A stretch of 23,246 nucleotides of DNA from positions 1 through 23,246 of the forward strand of contig JBKPAK010000196.1 in NCBI GenBank assembly GCA_046726415.1, written 5' to 3'. A program made the position numbers and the translations under genes. The notes under the pieces are model-generated. The model was not told the origin of the DNA, ran no database searches, and saw nothing but the letters and a program-made list of their open reading frames with translations. This document shows, one piece after another, positions 1 to 8,809 of the stretch (the first letter of the stretch is position 1; the number at the start of each line of letters is the position of its first letter). Source of the DNA: Candidatus Methylomirabilota bacterium. GTDB taxonomy: Bacteria > Methylomirabilota > Methylomirabilia > Rokubacteriales > CSP1-6.

Positions 1-856
1 GCCGTACCTCTTCAAGGGCCCGCGTCCGACGCTGTCGGCAGTGCCGTCCACCATCGGCTACGGTCAGAGTTTTTCGGTGCAGAGTCCAGAGGCCGCGAAC
101 ATCACCAAGGTGACGCTGATCCGCATCACATCCGTGACGCACGCCTTCAACCCAAACCAACGCCTCAGCGTGCTGAGCTTCACGCCCGGGCCGGGCGCGC
201 TCGACATCGTGGCGCCGGCGAGCGCCAACATCGCGCCGCCGGGAGACTACATGCTCTTCATCGTCGATGGCAGCGGAGTCCCATCGATCGGGAACATCGT
301 GCAACTCGTCGCCGGCGCGCCCGTGCCGCCGCCGGCGACGCTGACAGCGCTCTCGCCGAGCAGCGCGGTGGCCGGCGCTCCGGCGTTCACGCTCACGGTG
401 AACGGCAGTGGCTTCGTGTCAGGGGCGAACGTCCGCTGGAATGGCGCGGTCCGGACGACGACGTTCGTGAACAGCGCTCAGCTGACCGCCGCGATTCCCG
501 CGAGCGACATCGCCGCGGCCGGCACGGCTCAGGTCACTGTGGTGAATCCGGGCGCAGTCGCATCAAACGCGTTGTCGTTCACGGTCACAGGCGGGCCCAC
601 GTCCACGTTCAAACTGACCGTGACCAAGAACGGCTCTAACAGCTCGAAAGGCACGGTGACGAGTAGCCCAGCCGGCATCAACTGCGGCAAGACGTGCGAC
701 ATCACGTTCACCAGCGGCACGGTCGTCACCCTCACGGCGCGAGTCATCGGCAACACGGTATTCAAGGGCTGGGGCGAAGCCTGTACCGGCACCGAAACGT
801 GCACGGTGACGATGAACGCCGACAAGGTGGTGACGGCGACGTTCGACCGTCGATGA
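1..856 (+). CDS. 3' part of a galactose-oxidase-like (copper radical oxidase family) protein: C-terminal early-set/DUF1929-like domain, IPT/TIG-like Ig domain and divergent InlB B-repeat-like domain; start lies upstream of the window
   Basis: The frame is open from base 2 ([21 protein letters not shown]...). Motifs 'PYLF.GPRP', '[11 protein letters not shown]' and 'APPGDYMLF...GVPS' are typical of the galactose oxidase C-terminal domain. 'LTALSPSS...[10 protein letters not shown]...V.WNG' is IPT-like and '[14 protein letters not shown]...F.GWG.AC.G...C.VTM' is a B-repeat. Stop TGA at 854-856. Confidence 0.85.
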   Translation, partial: PYLFKGPRPTLSAVPSTIGYGQSFSVQSPEAANITKVTLIRITSVTHAFNPNQRLSVLSFTPGPGALDIVAPASANIAPPGDYMLFIVDGSGVPSIGNIVQLVAGAPVPPPATLTALSPSSAVAGAPAFTLTVNGSGFVSGANVRWNGAVRTTTFVNSAQLTAAIPASDIAAAGTAQVTVVNPGAVASNALSFTVTGGPTSTFKLTVTKNGSNSSKGTVTSSPAGINCGKTCDITFTSGTVVTLTARVIGNTVFKGWGEACTGTETCTVTMNADKVVTATFDRR

Positions 857-969
857 CGCGATGATTACTCCGGCAGGAATTCGGGAGTCACGAGCTTGTG
901 GCAGGGATCCGCCAGTCGGCATCGTTCAAACCGAGCGCCTTCTGTGCGGTGGCCTAAAGCGTCTCGACT

Positions 970-1543
970 AATGCGATAGACATCGGTCACCGGGCGCATG
1001 TACGCGAGCGCCTCACGCGTCGTGTTGCCATCGGAGATCAGCGCGGTAATCAGGCCGCGCCGATGCGCTTCCTCGAACACCGCGTGCGCCCATTCCGCTG
1101 TGATCATCGGTTCGTTGTAGGCGCTACACACCACGCCACACCCCTCGGCCACCGCCTCATCGGCCAGCGCCGCCGCCATGATGGGCGTGGGGCTGGTCTC
1201 CGCGTCCGGTTCGCGCAAGGCCTGCGAGAGCCGCGCGTTGTGGCAATAGGGACATCGCAGGTCGCAGCCGTACATGCCAAACGTGAGGGCCAGCGACCCA
1301 GGCGAGACGTGATAGATCGTGTTAGTCTCCACGGCGCGCACGCGGCGGGCGGCCACGTAGCCAAACGGTACGAGGAGATCGTCGCCCTGGCGCGACCGCA
1401 CGCCGCAGCGCCCGGCCGCTCCGTCGATTAACGCGCATCGATGGGCGCACGCCACGCACCTCGATGCGCCCATCGTCACGCGCCCGCATCAGCCGGCCGG
1501 GTGCTCGATACGGGGTGAGAGCCGCACTCGTCGCCGAGCTCAC
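970..1543 (-). pseudogene. AmmeMemoRadiSam-type (AmrS/PFL-activase-like) radical SAM enzyme, frameshifted and 3'-truncated
   Basis: GTG at 1543 gives MSSATSAALTPYRAPGRLMRARDDGRIE. One extra G at 1459/1460 shifts the frame before CVACAHRC...GRCGVR. The radical SAM motif GCDLRCPYCHN and 'YNEP' follow. Similarity stops at 'PVTDVYRI' (~970), where a DLKG-type continuation is expected; the frame then runs through unrelated sequence to TAA at 865-867. Confidence 0.8.
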
Positions 1544-1584
1544 GTCATGGTCTCCAGCTCGGCCGTCGCCTGGACGGGGGACAT
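1540..1584 (-). other. 14-aa micro-ORF (MSPVQATAELETMT) overlapping the radical SAM start; possibly the remnant of a deleted gene
   Basis: Its ATG at 1584 overlaps the upstream stop (TGATG), and its TGA (1540-1542) overlaps the GTG at 1543 (GTGA). Confidence 0.3.
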
Positions 1585-1664
1585 CACACCTCGGTCGCCT
1601 CCGCGTCTGACGCAACGGCGCCTGGGCGGTCCGCCTGCCCGCGAGGGGTCAGGCTGCGGTCCAT
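1584..1664 (-). other. 26-aa micro-ORF (MDRSLTPRGQADRPGAVASDAEATEV) with a strong ribosome-binding site
   Basis: The minus strand reads AAGGAGG-ATAT-ATG at 1675-1662; stop TGA at 1584-1586. Confidence 0.35.
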
Positions 1665-2593
1665 ATATCCTCCTTCGCAGTCGAAAAGGGCCGCGCGGCC
1701 CAGTCGCGCCCGTGCGCCTCCAGGTATCGACAGTCACGACCAACGCCGCACGGCGCGCCCCGACAAGCGACCCGCGGTCGCCGACAACGCTGTCCGGTGT
1801 TCCGGCGACCGCGGCCGAACGCTCAGCGGCGCGTGCTCTTCGTTCCCCGCTTCGGGGTGCTCCGTTTCCGCGGCTTGTTCTCTGGCCGCTCCCCATCACC
1901 GTCGCGCGGGGCGCTACTCCCTCCGTTCGTCGCGCGGCCCTGATAGGCAGCGAGCCAGCCGCGCACCGTACGCGCGCGACCTGTTGATCCTCCTCGGGGC
2001 GCATCAGCACCGCGTCGTCGCCCGGACCAAAGCCAGACGCCGCGTCCCACGGCGTCTGCGCAGTGGACGAGCCGGACGGCCGGGGTCTCCGCCAGCACCT
2101 CCCACATCCGAACACGCCGTCGTCGCGTGCGTGGATACCACAACCAGCCGCTGCTCGAGGCTCAGACGGCGACACGACGACCGTTCGCCGCTCGAGCCTT
2201 ATGACCTGGTCCACACGCGTTGTTCTCCTGGAGCCGCCTTGGACTTTCTGCAAAGATGAGCACGAGCCCTGATCAGTCGATTATCGGGCACGGCAGCTCG
2301 CCCCACCGACACTCACGCAGGGCACGTGGCCTGTCAGCCACCTCCGCCGGCGTCAACGTCAGCTGAAGGTCGCATAGGCCAACTCGGTTCCCTCCACTCG
2401 ACGTCGAATGTGAAGCCGATCGCCGAATGCGACACCGAGCCCTCGCAGGAGGGCGCGCAAACAGGTCACCGTTCCGTCCGCGGACCTCAAAAGCTCGATG
2501 GGGTACACTTCATCTCCTTAGGGCGACGGTGGTTCTGGCGGGAGCACGCGGAGACGGAGATGACTTCACACACGCCGATAGTGGGTCAGATGG

Positions 2594-2794
2594 ATGGCTC
2601 GTGAACGGCCGCGCGGGGAGGATCGACTCGAGAAAGCCACCTACCGGCCGGGAGATTATGGCCGAATGATTCGGCCAGATGGCACCGAGCAGTGGTGGGT
2701 GCGATCGCCGCAAGGAACATGGGTCGCTCTCCGGCATCAGCGGATCATGCCAAACGACGACGGCAGCATCACGCTGCTGCTATTGGAAAGGTGA
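2594..2794 (+). CDS. small hypothetical protein (66 aa)
   Basis: Protein-like composition (YRPGDYGR...WWVRSPQGTWVAL...NDDGSIT), unlike neighbouring shadow ORFs. It converges on the stop of the sigma-54 regulator. Confidence 0.55.
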   Translation: MARERPRGEDRLEKATYRPGDYGRMIRPDGTEQWWVRSPQGTWVALRHQRIMPNDDGSITLLLLER

Positions 2795-2806
2795 CCGCGC
2801 GCGCTT

Positions 2807-4192
2807 CTACGAGGTCGGCGGGCGGAGGTCGTACTTCTCGATCCGGTAACGGAGGGTGTTGCGCGACACGCCGAGAATGGCGGCGGCGCGCGAGACATTC
2901 CAGTCGGCCTGCCCGAGGGCATGGAGGATTTGTTCCTGCTCGGCCACCCCGACGACCTCGCGGAGTGGCGCCAGACCGGCGGAAGCTGGCGGGGGCTGGG
3001 AGTTCCCGGAGCGTCGCTCGCGGAGTTTCGGCGGCAGATCGCTTCGCTCGATCATGGGACCGTTAGCCAGCGCGACCGCTTGCTCGATCACGTTGACCAG
3101 CTCGCGGACGTTGCCGGGAAACGAGTAGCCGCTCAGCGCCTCCATGGCGCCGGCCGAGATGCCTTCGAGGTGGCGGCCGAGGCGCTGGCAGTGCTGGGCC
3201 AGGAAGTGCCGGGCGAGGAGGGGGACGTCCTCCATCCGCTCGCGCAACGTCGGCATGTGGATGCGGATCACATTCAAGCGATAGAGGAGATCTTCGCGGA
3301 ACTGCCGATCGCGAACGGCCGCATCGAGATCGCGATTGGTGGCGGCCACGATGCGGATCTCGATCGGGATCGTTCGGTTGTCGCCGAGCCGTCGCAGGGT
3401 GCGATCTTCGATCACGCGCAGCAGCTTCGCCTGGATGGCGAGCGGGGCCTCGCCGATCTCGTCGAGGAAGAACGTGCCCTGGTGGGCTTCTTCGAGGAGC
3501 CCCTTGCGCGCCAGCTGCGCTCCCGTGAAGGCCCCCTTGACGTGCCCGAACAGTTCGCTTTCGAGCAGCTGTTCGGGGAGCGCGGCGCAACTCACCGAGA
3601 CGAATGGCGACTTGGCGCGGCGGCTGGTCGCGTGGAGGGCACGGGCCACCAATTCCTTGCCGGTCCCACTCTCCCCCGTGATGAGCACCGTGCTATCCGT
3701 TTGGGCGGCGCGGGGCAGGATCTTCAAGACTTGCCGGATCGCCTCGCTGGCCCCCACGATTCCGGTGACCCCAAAGGCGTGGCTCACCTCGGCCCGCAAC
3801 AGGTCGATTTCCTCGGTGAGCCGCCGCTTGTCGAGAGCGTTGCGCACCCGCAGGAGAATCTCCTCGGGCTGGAACGGCTTGGCGACGAAGTCGAAGGCGC
3901 CGAGTTTCATGGCCTCCACGGCCGCCTCGATCGTGCCGAACGCGGTCATCAGAATGACCTCGATGCTAGGATTCGTCTGCTTGACCGTTCGCAGGAGGTC
4001 CAGCCCGGATAGGGTCCCCATCCGGAGATCCGCAATCATGAGGCCGAAGACGTCGCCCCCCATCAGCTCGACGGCTTCCTCCCCTCCCGCCGCCTCGACC
4101 ACTGACCACCCCTGCCGGCGCAGCATGATGCTGAGGCTCCTCCGCATGCCGGCCTCGTCGTCGACGATGAGAATTCTAGGCGGTGTCGGCAT
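2807..4192 (-). CDS. sigma-54-dependent response regulator (NtrC/AtoC/ZraR family: REC, AAA+, Fis-type HTH)
   Basis: Receiver 'ILIVDDE...IADLRM...TAFG...AKPF', Walker A GESGTGKE, ESELFGH.KGAFTGA, Walker B FFLDEIG, FREDLLYRL, PGNVREL and HTH 'NVSRAAAILGVSRNTLRYRI'. Start placed at ATG 4192 (MPTPPRILIV). Confidence 0.95.
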   Translation of the reverse strand: MPTPPRILIVDDEAGMRRSLSIMLRRQGWSVVEAAGGEEAVELMGGDVFGLMIADLRMGTLSGLDLLRTVKQTNPSIEVILMTAFGTIEAAVEAMKLGAFDFVAKPFQPEEILLRVRNALDKRRLTEEIDLLRAEVSHAFGVTGIVGASEAIRQVLKILPRAAQTDSTVLITGESGTGKELVARALHATSRRAKSPFVSVSCAALPEQLLESELFGHVKGAFTGAQLARKGLLEEAHQGTFFLDEIGEAPLAIQAKLLRVIEDRTLRRLGDNRTIPIEIRIVAATNRDLDAAVRDRQFREDLLYRLNVIRIHMPTLRERMEDVPLLARHFLAQHCQRLGRHLEGISAGAMEALSGYSFPGNVRELVNVIEQAVALANGPMIERSDLPPKLRERRSGNSQPPPASAGLAPLREVVGVAEQEQILHALGQADWNVSRAAAILGVSRNTLRYRIEKYDLRPPTS

Positions 4193-4547
4193 GGAGAACC
4201 TGTCGGATCCTGGCGAGGAGATCGGAAAGCTCCACCGGCTTTTCGATGAAGGCGACGGCCCCCAGGCTGAAGGCCTCGGTCCGCGCTTCGGGGCTGCCAA
4301 AGGCGGTAATGATGATCACCGGGCAGCCCGGGCGATACTGTCGCATCAGGCTCAGCAGGTCGAGTCCATTGAGCGGTTCCATCATGAGATCGGCAATCAC
4401 CAGACTGTGATCCTCGGCCTTGATCTGACCAATGGCATCGGCGACCGAGGACGCTTCCGTCACCTCGTAGCCGTCGCGCCGCAGCACGATGGCGAGGCTC
4501 CGACGCATGCCGGCCTCGTCGTCGACGACGAGAATGCGCGCGGTCAA
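4176..4547 (-). CDS. single-domain response regulator (receiver only)
   Basis: 'RILVVDDE...LVIADLMMEPLNGLDLL...IITAFG...FIEKPV'. The probable TTG start at 4547 overlaps the kinase stop (TTGA). Confidence 0.9.
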   Translation of the reverse strand: MTARILVVDDEAGMRRSLAIVLRRDGYEVTEASSVADAIGQIKAEDHSLVIADLMMEPLNGLDLLSLMRQYRPGCPVIIITAFGSPEARTEAFSLGAVAFIEKPVELSDLLARIRQVLHADTA

Positions 4548-6496
4548 CTGGTGGTCTGATCGAACGGCAGCGTGACCGTGAAGCATGTGCCGATCCCTAC
4601 CTCGCTCTCCACGCGGATCTCGCCATGGTGTTCCTCGATGATGTGGCGGACCGTTGCCAATCCCAATCCCGTGCCGCCCGGGCGTGTCGTGTAGAAGGGT
4701 TCAAAGATGCGGGGTTGGACCGATCGGGATATGCCCCGCCCGGAATCGTGGATCTCGGTCTCGGCCACGTCTCCCTGGCGGCGCACCTCGACGCGCAGCT
4801 GCCCCCGGTCGCCCATCGCTTGCACGGCATTGAGGAACAGATTCCAGAACACTTGGCGCAGCTGGTCGCGGTCGGCCTCCACGGGGGGCACGCCCGCCTC
4901 GAACTTGATGCTGAAGGCGATGGTGGCGCCACACCGTTGATCCCGCCGCAGCAGGACCAGGGTGTCCTCGATGGCCTCCTGGAGGACGACCGGCTCGAAG
5001 CGCGGCGCCCGCGGCCGCCCGAAGGTGAGAAAGTCCGAGATGATCTCGTTGAGCCGCTGGGATTCCGCCTGGACGATCTCCAGTAGCTCGAGATCCTCGC
5101 CGGTGATGTGCGGGTTGGTTCGGAGCATCTGCACACAGTTGCTGATCGCCCCCAATGGATTGCGCGCCTCGTGTGCCACCACCGCCGAGATCTCGCCGAT
5201 GGCCGCCATTCGCGTCTTTCGCACCAACTCGGTCTGCGTCGAGACCAGCTCCTCGTGAGAGCGCTTCAGATCTTGATAGTGGCGGGCATTCTCCAAGGCG
5301 AGCGCCGCCTGGTGAGCGATGCGGCAGAGGGCGTCCACGTCTTCACCGCTGAAGCTGGAGGATTTCCGGTTGGCCACCCACAACAGCCCCACGATCTCGT
5401 CCTTCAACATGATGGGGACCGCCACCGCCGAGGCGATTCCCTCCTGCACACACATCTCGTCATAGCGCGCGTCGCGAACGGCCTGGGGGCGCTCCGGAGC
5501 TCCGGGGCTGGCCGCGGGCTGGCCGGTGGCCAGGACCAGACCGCCGAGACCACGCCACGGCTCCACCACCATGTTCTCGACATTCTCGGTCCTCGCGCCG
5601 AGGGCTACGTGAACGCGGGCCTGCTGGGTCACCGGGTCGTACGGAGCGATCGCCGCCACGTCGGCCTTCGCGAGGTCGCGGGCGTAGGCGGCGACGGACG
5701 TCAGGACCTGATTGGGGTCGAGCGTGGACGATAGCTGGCGGGAGGTTTCCATCAACGCCTGCAGGGACTCCGTCATCCGGTTGAAGGCCCGGGCGAGCTG
5801 GCCCAACTCGTCGCCTCCGCGGACCTCGATGCGGTGGGCCAGATGACCGCGGGTGATCGCGCGGGCCCCTTGCAGCAGCTCGCTCACTGGACGCGTGACG
5901 GTGCGGGCGCGCCAGATGGCGACGCTCACGCCCACCAGCAGGGCGACCAGCGCCAGGCCGAGGATCGCGTTGCGTGTCTGGCGGATCGCATCGAGCTCGC
6001 GCACCAGCGAGACGCCGATACGGGCCACCGCGCGCCGTTCATTCATGACATAGATGGGCACCGCGAAGTCGTAGGTCGGCACCGAACCGTCGCGCCACTC
6101 GGCGATGAGCGGGTGCCGCGCGCTGGCCACCTTTCGGGAAGGGGCGTCCGTCAATTGACGCCCCACGTATCGCATGTCGCTGTGGGCGAGCACGCGGCCG
6201 CTGGGATCCAGGATCATGACGTAGAGCACGTCGGGATCACTGGCCACGCTGTTGATGATCTGGCGCATGATCAGGAAATCGTCGCCCACCAGGGCCTGCA
6301 CGCTGGAGTGGGCGAAGACCTTGGTGAGCCCGAAGCCGCGCTGTCTGGCTTGCTCCAGCGCGGCCCGGGTCTGTAGATACACGACGCCCGGCACGAGCAC
6401 CCCGAAGAGGAGCACGACGAAGACGGCCGCGTGAATCGCGAACTTCGCCCGCAGACCGAGTCGACGGTAGCGCTCGACTACGAAACGCCAGTTCAC
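4544..6496 (-). CDS. membrane sensor histidine kinase (2 TM, Cache-like periplasmic domain, HAMP, GAF, HisKA, HATPase)
   Basis: Two hydrophobic segments, HAMP 'RPVSEL...GGDELGQLARAFNRM', GAF 'SAVAVPIMLKDEIVGLLWVAN...FSGED', H-box 'VAHEARNPL', N-box 'QVFWNLFLNAVQAM' and G boxes 'DSGRGI...FEPFYTT..GGTGLGL'. Confidence 0.95.
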   Translation of the reverse strand: MNWRFVVERYRRLGLRAKFAIHAAVFVVLLFGVLVPGVVYLQTRAALEQARQRGFGLTKVFAHSSVQALVGDDFLIMRQIINSVASDPDVLYVMILDPSGRVLAHSDMRYVGRQLTDAPSRKVASARHPLIAEWRDGSVPTYDFAVPIYVMNERRAVARIGVSLVRELDAIRQTRNAILGLALVALLVGVSVAIWRARTVTRPVSELLQGARAITRGHLAHRIEVRGGDELGQLARAFNRMTESLQALMETSRQLSSTLDPNQVLTSVAAYARDLAKADVAAIAPYDPVTQQARVHVALGARTENVENMVVEPWRGLGGLVLATGQPAASPGAPERPQAVRDARYDEMCVQEGIASAVAVPIMLKDEIVGLLWVANRKSSSFSGEDVDALCRIAHQAALALENARHYQDLKRSHEELVSTQTELVRKTRMAAIGEISAVVAHEARNPLGAISNCVQMLRTNPHITGEDLELLEIVQAESQRLNEIISDFLTFGRPRAPRFEPVVLQEAIEDTLVLLRRDQRCGATIAFSIKFEAGVPPVEADRDQLRQVFWNLFLNAVQAMGDRGQLRVEVRRQGDVAETEIHDSGRGISRSVQPRIFEPFYTTRPGGTGLGLATVRHIIEEHHGEIRVESEVGIGTCFTVTLPFDQTTS

Positions 6497-6522
6497 GGGT
6501 GCGCGCTCACGCCCGGTCTCAC

Positions 6523-8046
6523 CTAGGGCGTGACATCCGTTCTGACCAGCTTATCGTGGGGCAACACGCCCAGGTTCAGCTCGAGCCCCTTCACGCGGAT
6601 CGAATGGGCGGCCATGCGGCTCAGGTGGTAGAGGAACACCATAGGGGCCTCCTCGACGAGAACCTGCTGCACCTGAGCGTACAGGCGCTGCTGGACGGCG
6701 GCGTCGGGGGTCCGGACCGCCTCGTCGAGAAGCCGGTCGACCGTGGCGTTGCGATAGTGCGTGAGGCCCGACGTCCCCACCGAACGGGAGTGAAAGAGGG
6801 GGACGAGCAGGCGCTCCGCATAGGGAGCACGCACGTAAAAGCCGTAGATGAACAGGTGTCCCTCGCGGGCCCGGGCGGCGTTCACCACGTCGCGCCAGCC
6901 CGGCTTGCCTACCAGCTCCGCGGTGATGCCGACTCGCTTGAGGTCGTTCCGGATCGCGCCGGCCAGATCACCCTGGAACGGCGCGGCGGCGTTGTGGACG
7001 AGGCCGACGGTGAGCCCCGTCCCGAGCCCCGCCCGGCGCAGAAGCTCACGGGCGGCCTCGGGATCGTAGGCGGCTTGAGCCGCGCTCGGGTCGTGGCCCT
7101 TGATCGCGGGCGGCAGCGGCCCTTGCGCGGGGGTGACGGTGCCGCGCCCCAGGAACTGCGCGGTGCGAGGCACGTTGATCGCGTGAACGAGCGCCCGGCG
7201 AACGGTCGGGTCGTTGAATGGCGGCCGTTCGGTATAGAAGCCGAGGTAGAAGACGTTGAGCCCCGGCATGGGTACCAGCTTCACGCGCTGGCTGTCGCGC
7301 AGACGCTCGAGGACGGTCGGGTCGGGAACCGCTGGGCTGAAATCGATCTCTTGTCTCAGGAGCGCGTCGGCAACGGCTTTGCCCTCCTCGATGACGCGGA
7401 AGGTTAACCGATCGATTCGCGGCCGTCCCCCCCAGTAGCGTTCGTTGGCCACGAGCGCGATCCGATCCTCGGTCCAGCTTTCGAACTTGAACGGGCCGCT
7501 ACAGTCTGGCCGGCGCCCGAACTCCTTGCCCAGCCGCGCGGCCGCCTGGGGATTCGCCACCTCGATTTGACTCAAATAGTGGAAGCCCGGGTACTTGAGC
7601 TTTAAGGCCAGCGTGCGCAGGTCTTGGACCTCGACTGAGGCGACGAGCTCCTCTAGCGTCTGGGTCCTGATCGGTTTGCCCTGGCCTCCGCCGACCGCCT
7701 GGGTTGGTGTGAGGTAGCGCTCCACACTGGCGCGGACGGCCGATGCATCGACGGCTGAGCCGTCGTGAAAGGAGGCTCCTTGGCGGAGCTTGACGACCGC
7801 TTCGCGGCCGTCGGCCGAGAGCATCCATGACTCGGCCAGCCCGGGCTCGAGGCTCCGGCCGTCCTTGGAGATGTTGAGGAGCGCGTCGCATAGGTGCCAG
7901 ACGACGTGGTACTCGCGCTCCGACGACGCCATGACCGGGTCCAGGGAGGCCGGCCGGCCCTCCAGGTGATAGACGAGAGCCTTTTCCGCCGCCACCAGGG
8001 GCGGCGGAAGCATCACCAGGAGGGCGGCCAGGACCGCGAGGAGCAT
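6523..8046 (-). CDS. family 5 (peptide/nickel/opine) extracellular solute-binding protein
   Basis: Signal peptide 'MLLAVLAALLVMLPPPLVAA'; motifs 'SLDP', 'PGLAESW', 'FHDGS', 'SGPFK', 'PFNDPTVRRAL..AIN' and 'YDPEAARELL'. GGAG RBS upstream. Confidence 0.93.
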   Translation of the reverse strand: MLLAVLAALLVMLPPPLVAAEKALVYHLEGRPASLDPVMASSEREYHVVWHLCDALLNISKDGRSLEPGLAESWMLSADGREAVVKLRQGASFHDGSAVDASAVRASVERYLTPTQAVGGGQGKPIRTQTLEELVASVEVQDLRTLALKLKYPGFHYLSQIEVANPQAAARLGKEFGRRPDCSGPFKFESWTEDRIALVANERYWGGRPRIDRLTFRVIEEGKAVADALLRQEIDFSPAVPDPTVLERLRDSQRVKLVPMPGLNVFYLGFYTERPPFNDPTVRRALVHAINVPRTAQFLGRGTVTPAQGPLPPAIKGHDPSAAQAAYDPEAARELLRRAGLGTGLTVGLVHNAAAPFQGDLAGAIRNDLKRVGITAELVGKPGWRDVVNAARAREGHLFIYGFYVRAPYAERLLVPLFHSRSVGTSGLTHYRNATVDRLLDEAVRTPDAAVQQRLYAQVQQVLVEEAPMVFLYHLSRMAAHSIRVKGLELNLGVLPHDKLVRTDVTP

Positions 8047-8069
8047 CTCACGTCTCCGTTCTCGACGAC

Positions 8070-8588
8070 CTACGGGCCACCGTTACCGCAGTAAATCTGA
8101 TATTCGCGGAACCAGATTGGCTCGACCAACAGATTGGCATCCTTCGCCCGCTTGTTGATCACAAGCAGTTTCGTCTTCAGATCCCGATGCCATTTGTAGT
8201 GGCGATAGGTATAGAACCACTTGACGTATGGCAGGATCTCCACGTGATTGTCGTGCAGGGTCCCCGGTTGCGCGCGATGCACCTCGGTACGGAAGTTGAC
8301 GAGCACCTGCGCCTGCTCCGATGGGTCGGCACCTGAATCGGTCTGCGATTCGTAGAGATCTGCGAGGGGAGTCCACTCACAGAGATTGTAGTTCTTGAGC
8401 CAGAAGCCTCGCGGCCAGTCGGCGCCATACCCCTCGGCCGGAGGAGTATCACCCTCGGGCAGGCCCGCGGCGTCCGACGGCCTCGCGAACAGTGCATTGA
8501 TATCCCCCTTGATGCTCTGGGGAATGTCGCCGATCTTGCCTCTAAATCGGCCGGAGATCCTCAGCAGATAGCTTGTCCGCGATGGCAT
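8070..8588 (-). CDS. hypothetical protein (172 aa), first gene of the signalling operon
   Basis: Strong RBS (GGGGAGGAG) before ATG 8588; aromatic-rich globular-looking sequence ending YCGNGGP; 23-bp gap to the SBP gene; no family recognised. Confidence 0.8.
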   Translation of the reverse strand: MPSRTSYLLRISGRFRGKIGDIPQSIKGDINALFARPSDAAGLPEGDTPPAEGYGADWPRGFWLKNYNLCEWTPLADLYESQTDSGADPSEQAQVLVNFRTEVHRAQPGTLHDNHVEILPYVKWFYTYRHYKWHRDLKTKLLVINKRAKDANLLVEPIWFREYQIYCGNGGP

Positions 8589-8809
8589 AGGCTCCTCCCC
8601 TTCGGTCGATTGCGCCACTGACACCGCCCAGATCCTGGCCACCCCCGAAGTTGGTGCCAAACCTAGGTCCGCCCGCAGGCGTTGTCAATCTCGACATACC
8701 ACGAGCGACGGGCCGCTCACCAGAACGCCGGACCAGCTTTCCGAAACCGCCGAGTTCTGCGCGATGTCGCCAGGGCCCGCCGCGATTCCAGTGGCAAACG
8801 CCATGGGAA

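Noticed and set aside
1680-2270. Overlapping ORFs, including a possible frameshifted minus-strand gene (MWEVLAETPAVRLVHC...)
   Set aside because: No recognisable family; needs assumed frameshifts; Arg/Pro/Ala-rich composition typical of spurious frames.
2407-2424. CRP-like site AATGTGA-N6-TCGCC
   Set aside because: The right half-site has two mismatches and there is no clear target promoter; could be chance.
2921-4559. Long plus-strand ORFs of 363 and 407 aa
   Set aside because: Antisense to the clearly recognisable response regulators.
6499-7407. 302-aa plus-strand ORF (likewise 12493-13251 opposite sthA)
   Set aside because: Shadow ORFs opposite well-supported genes.
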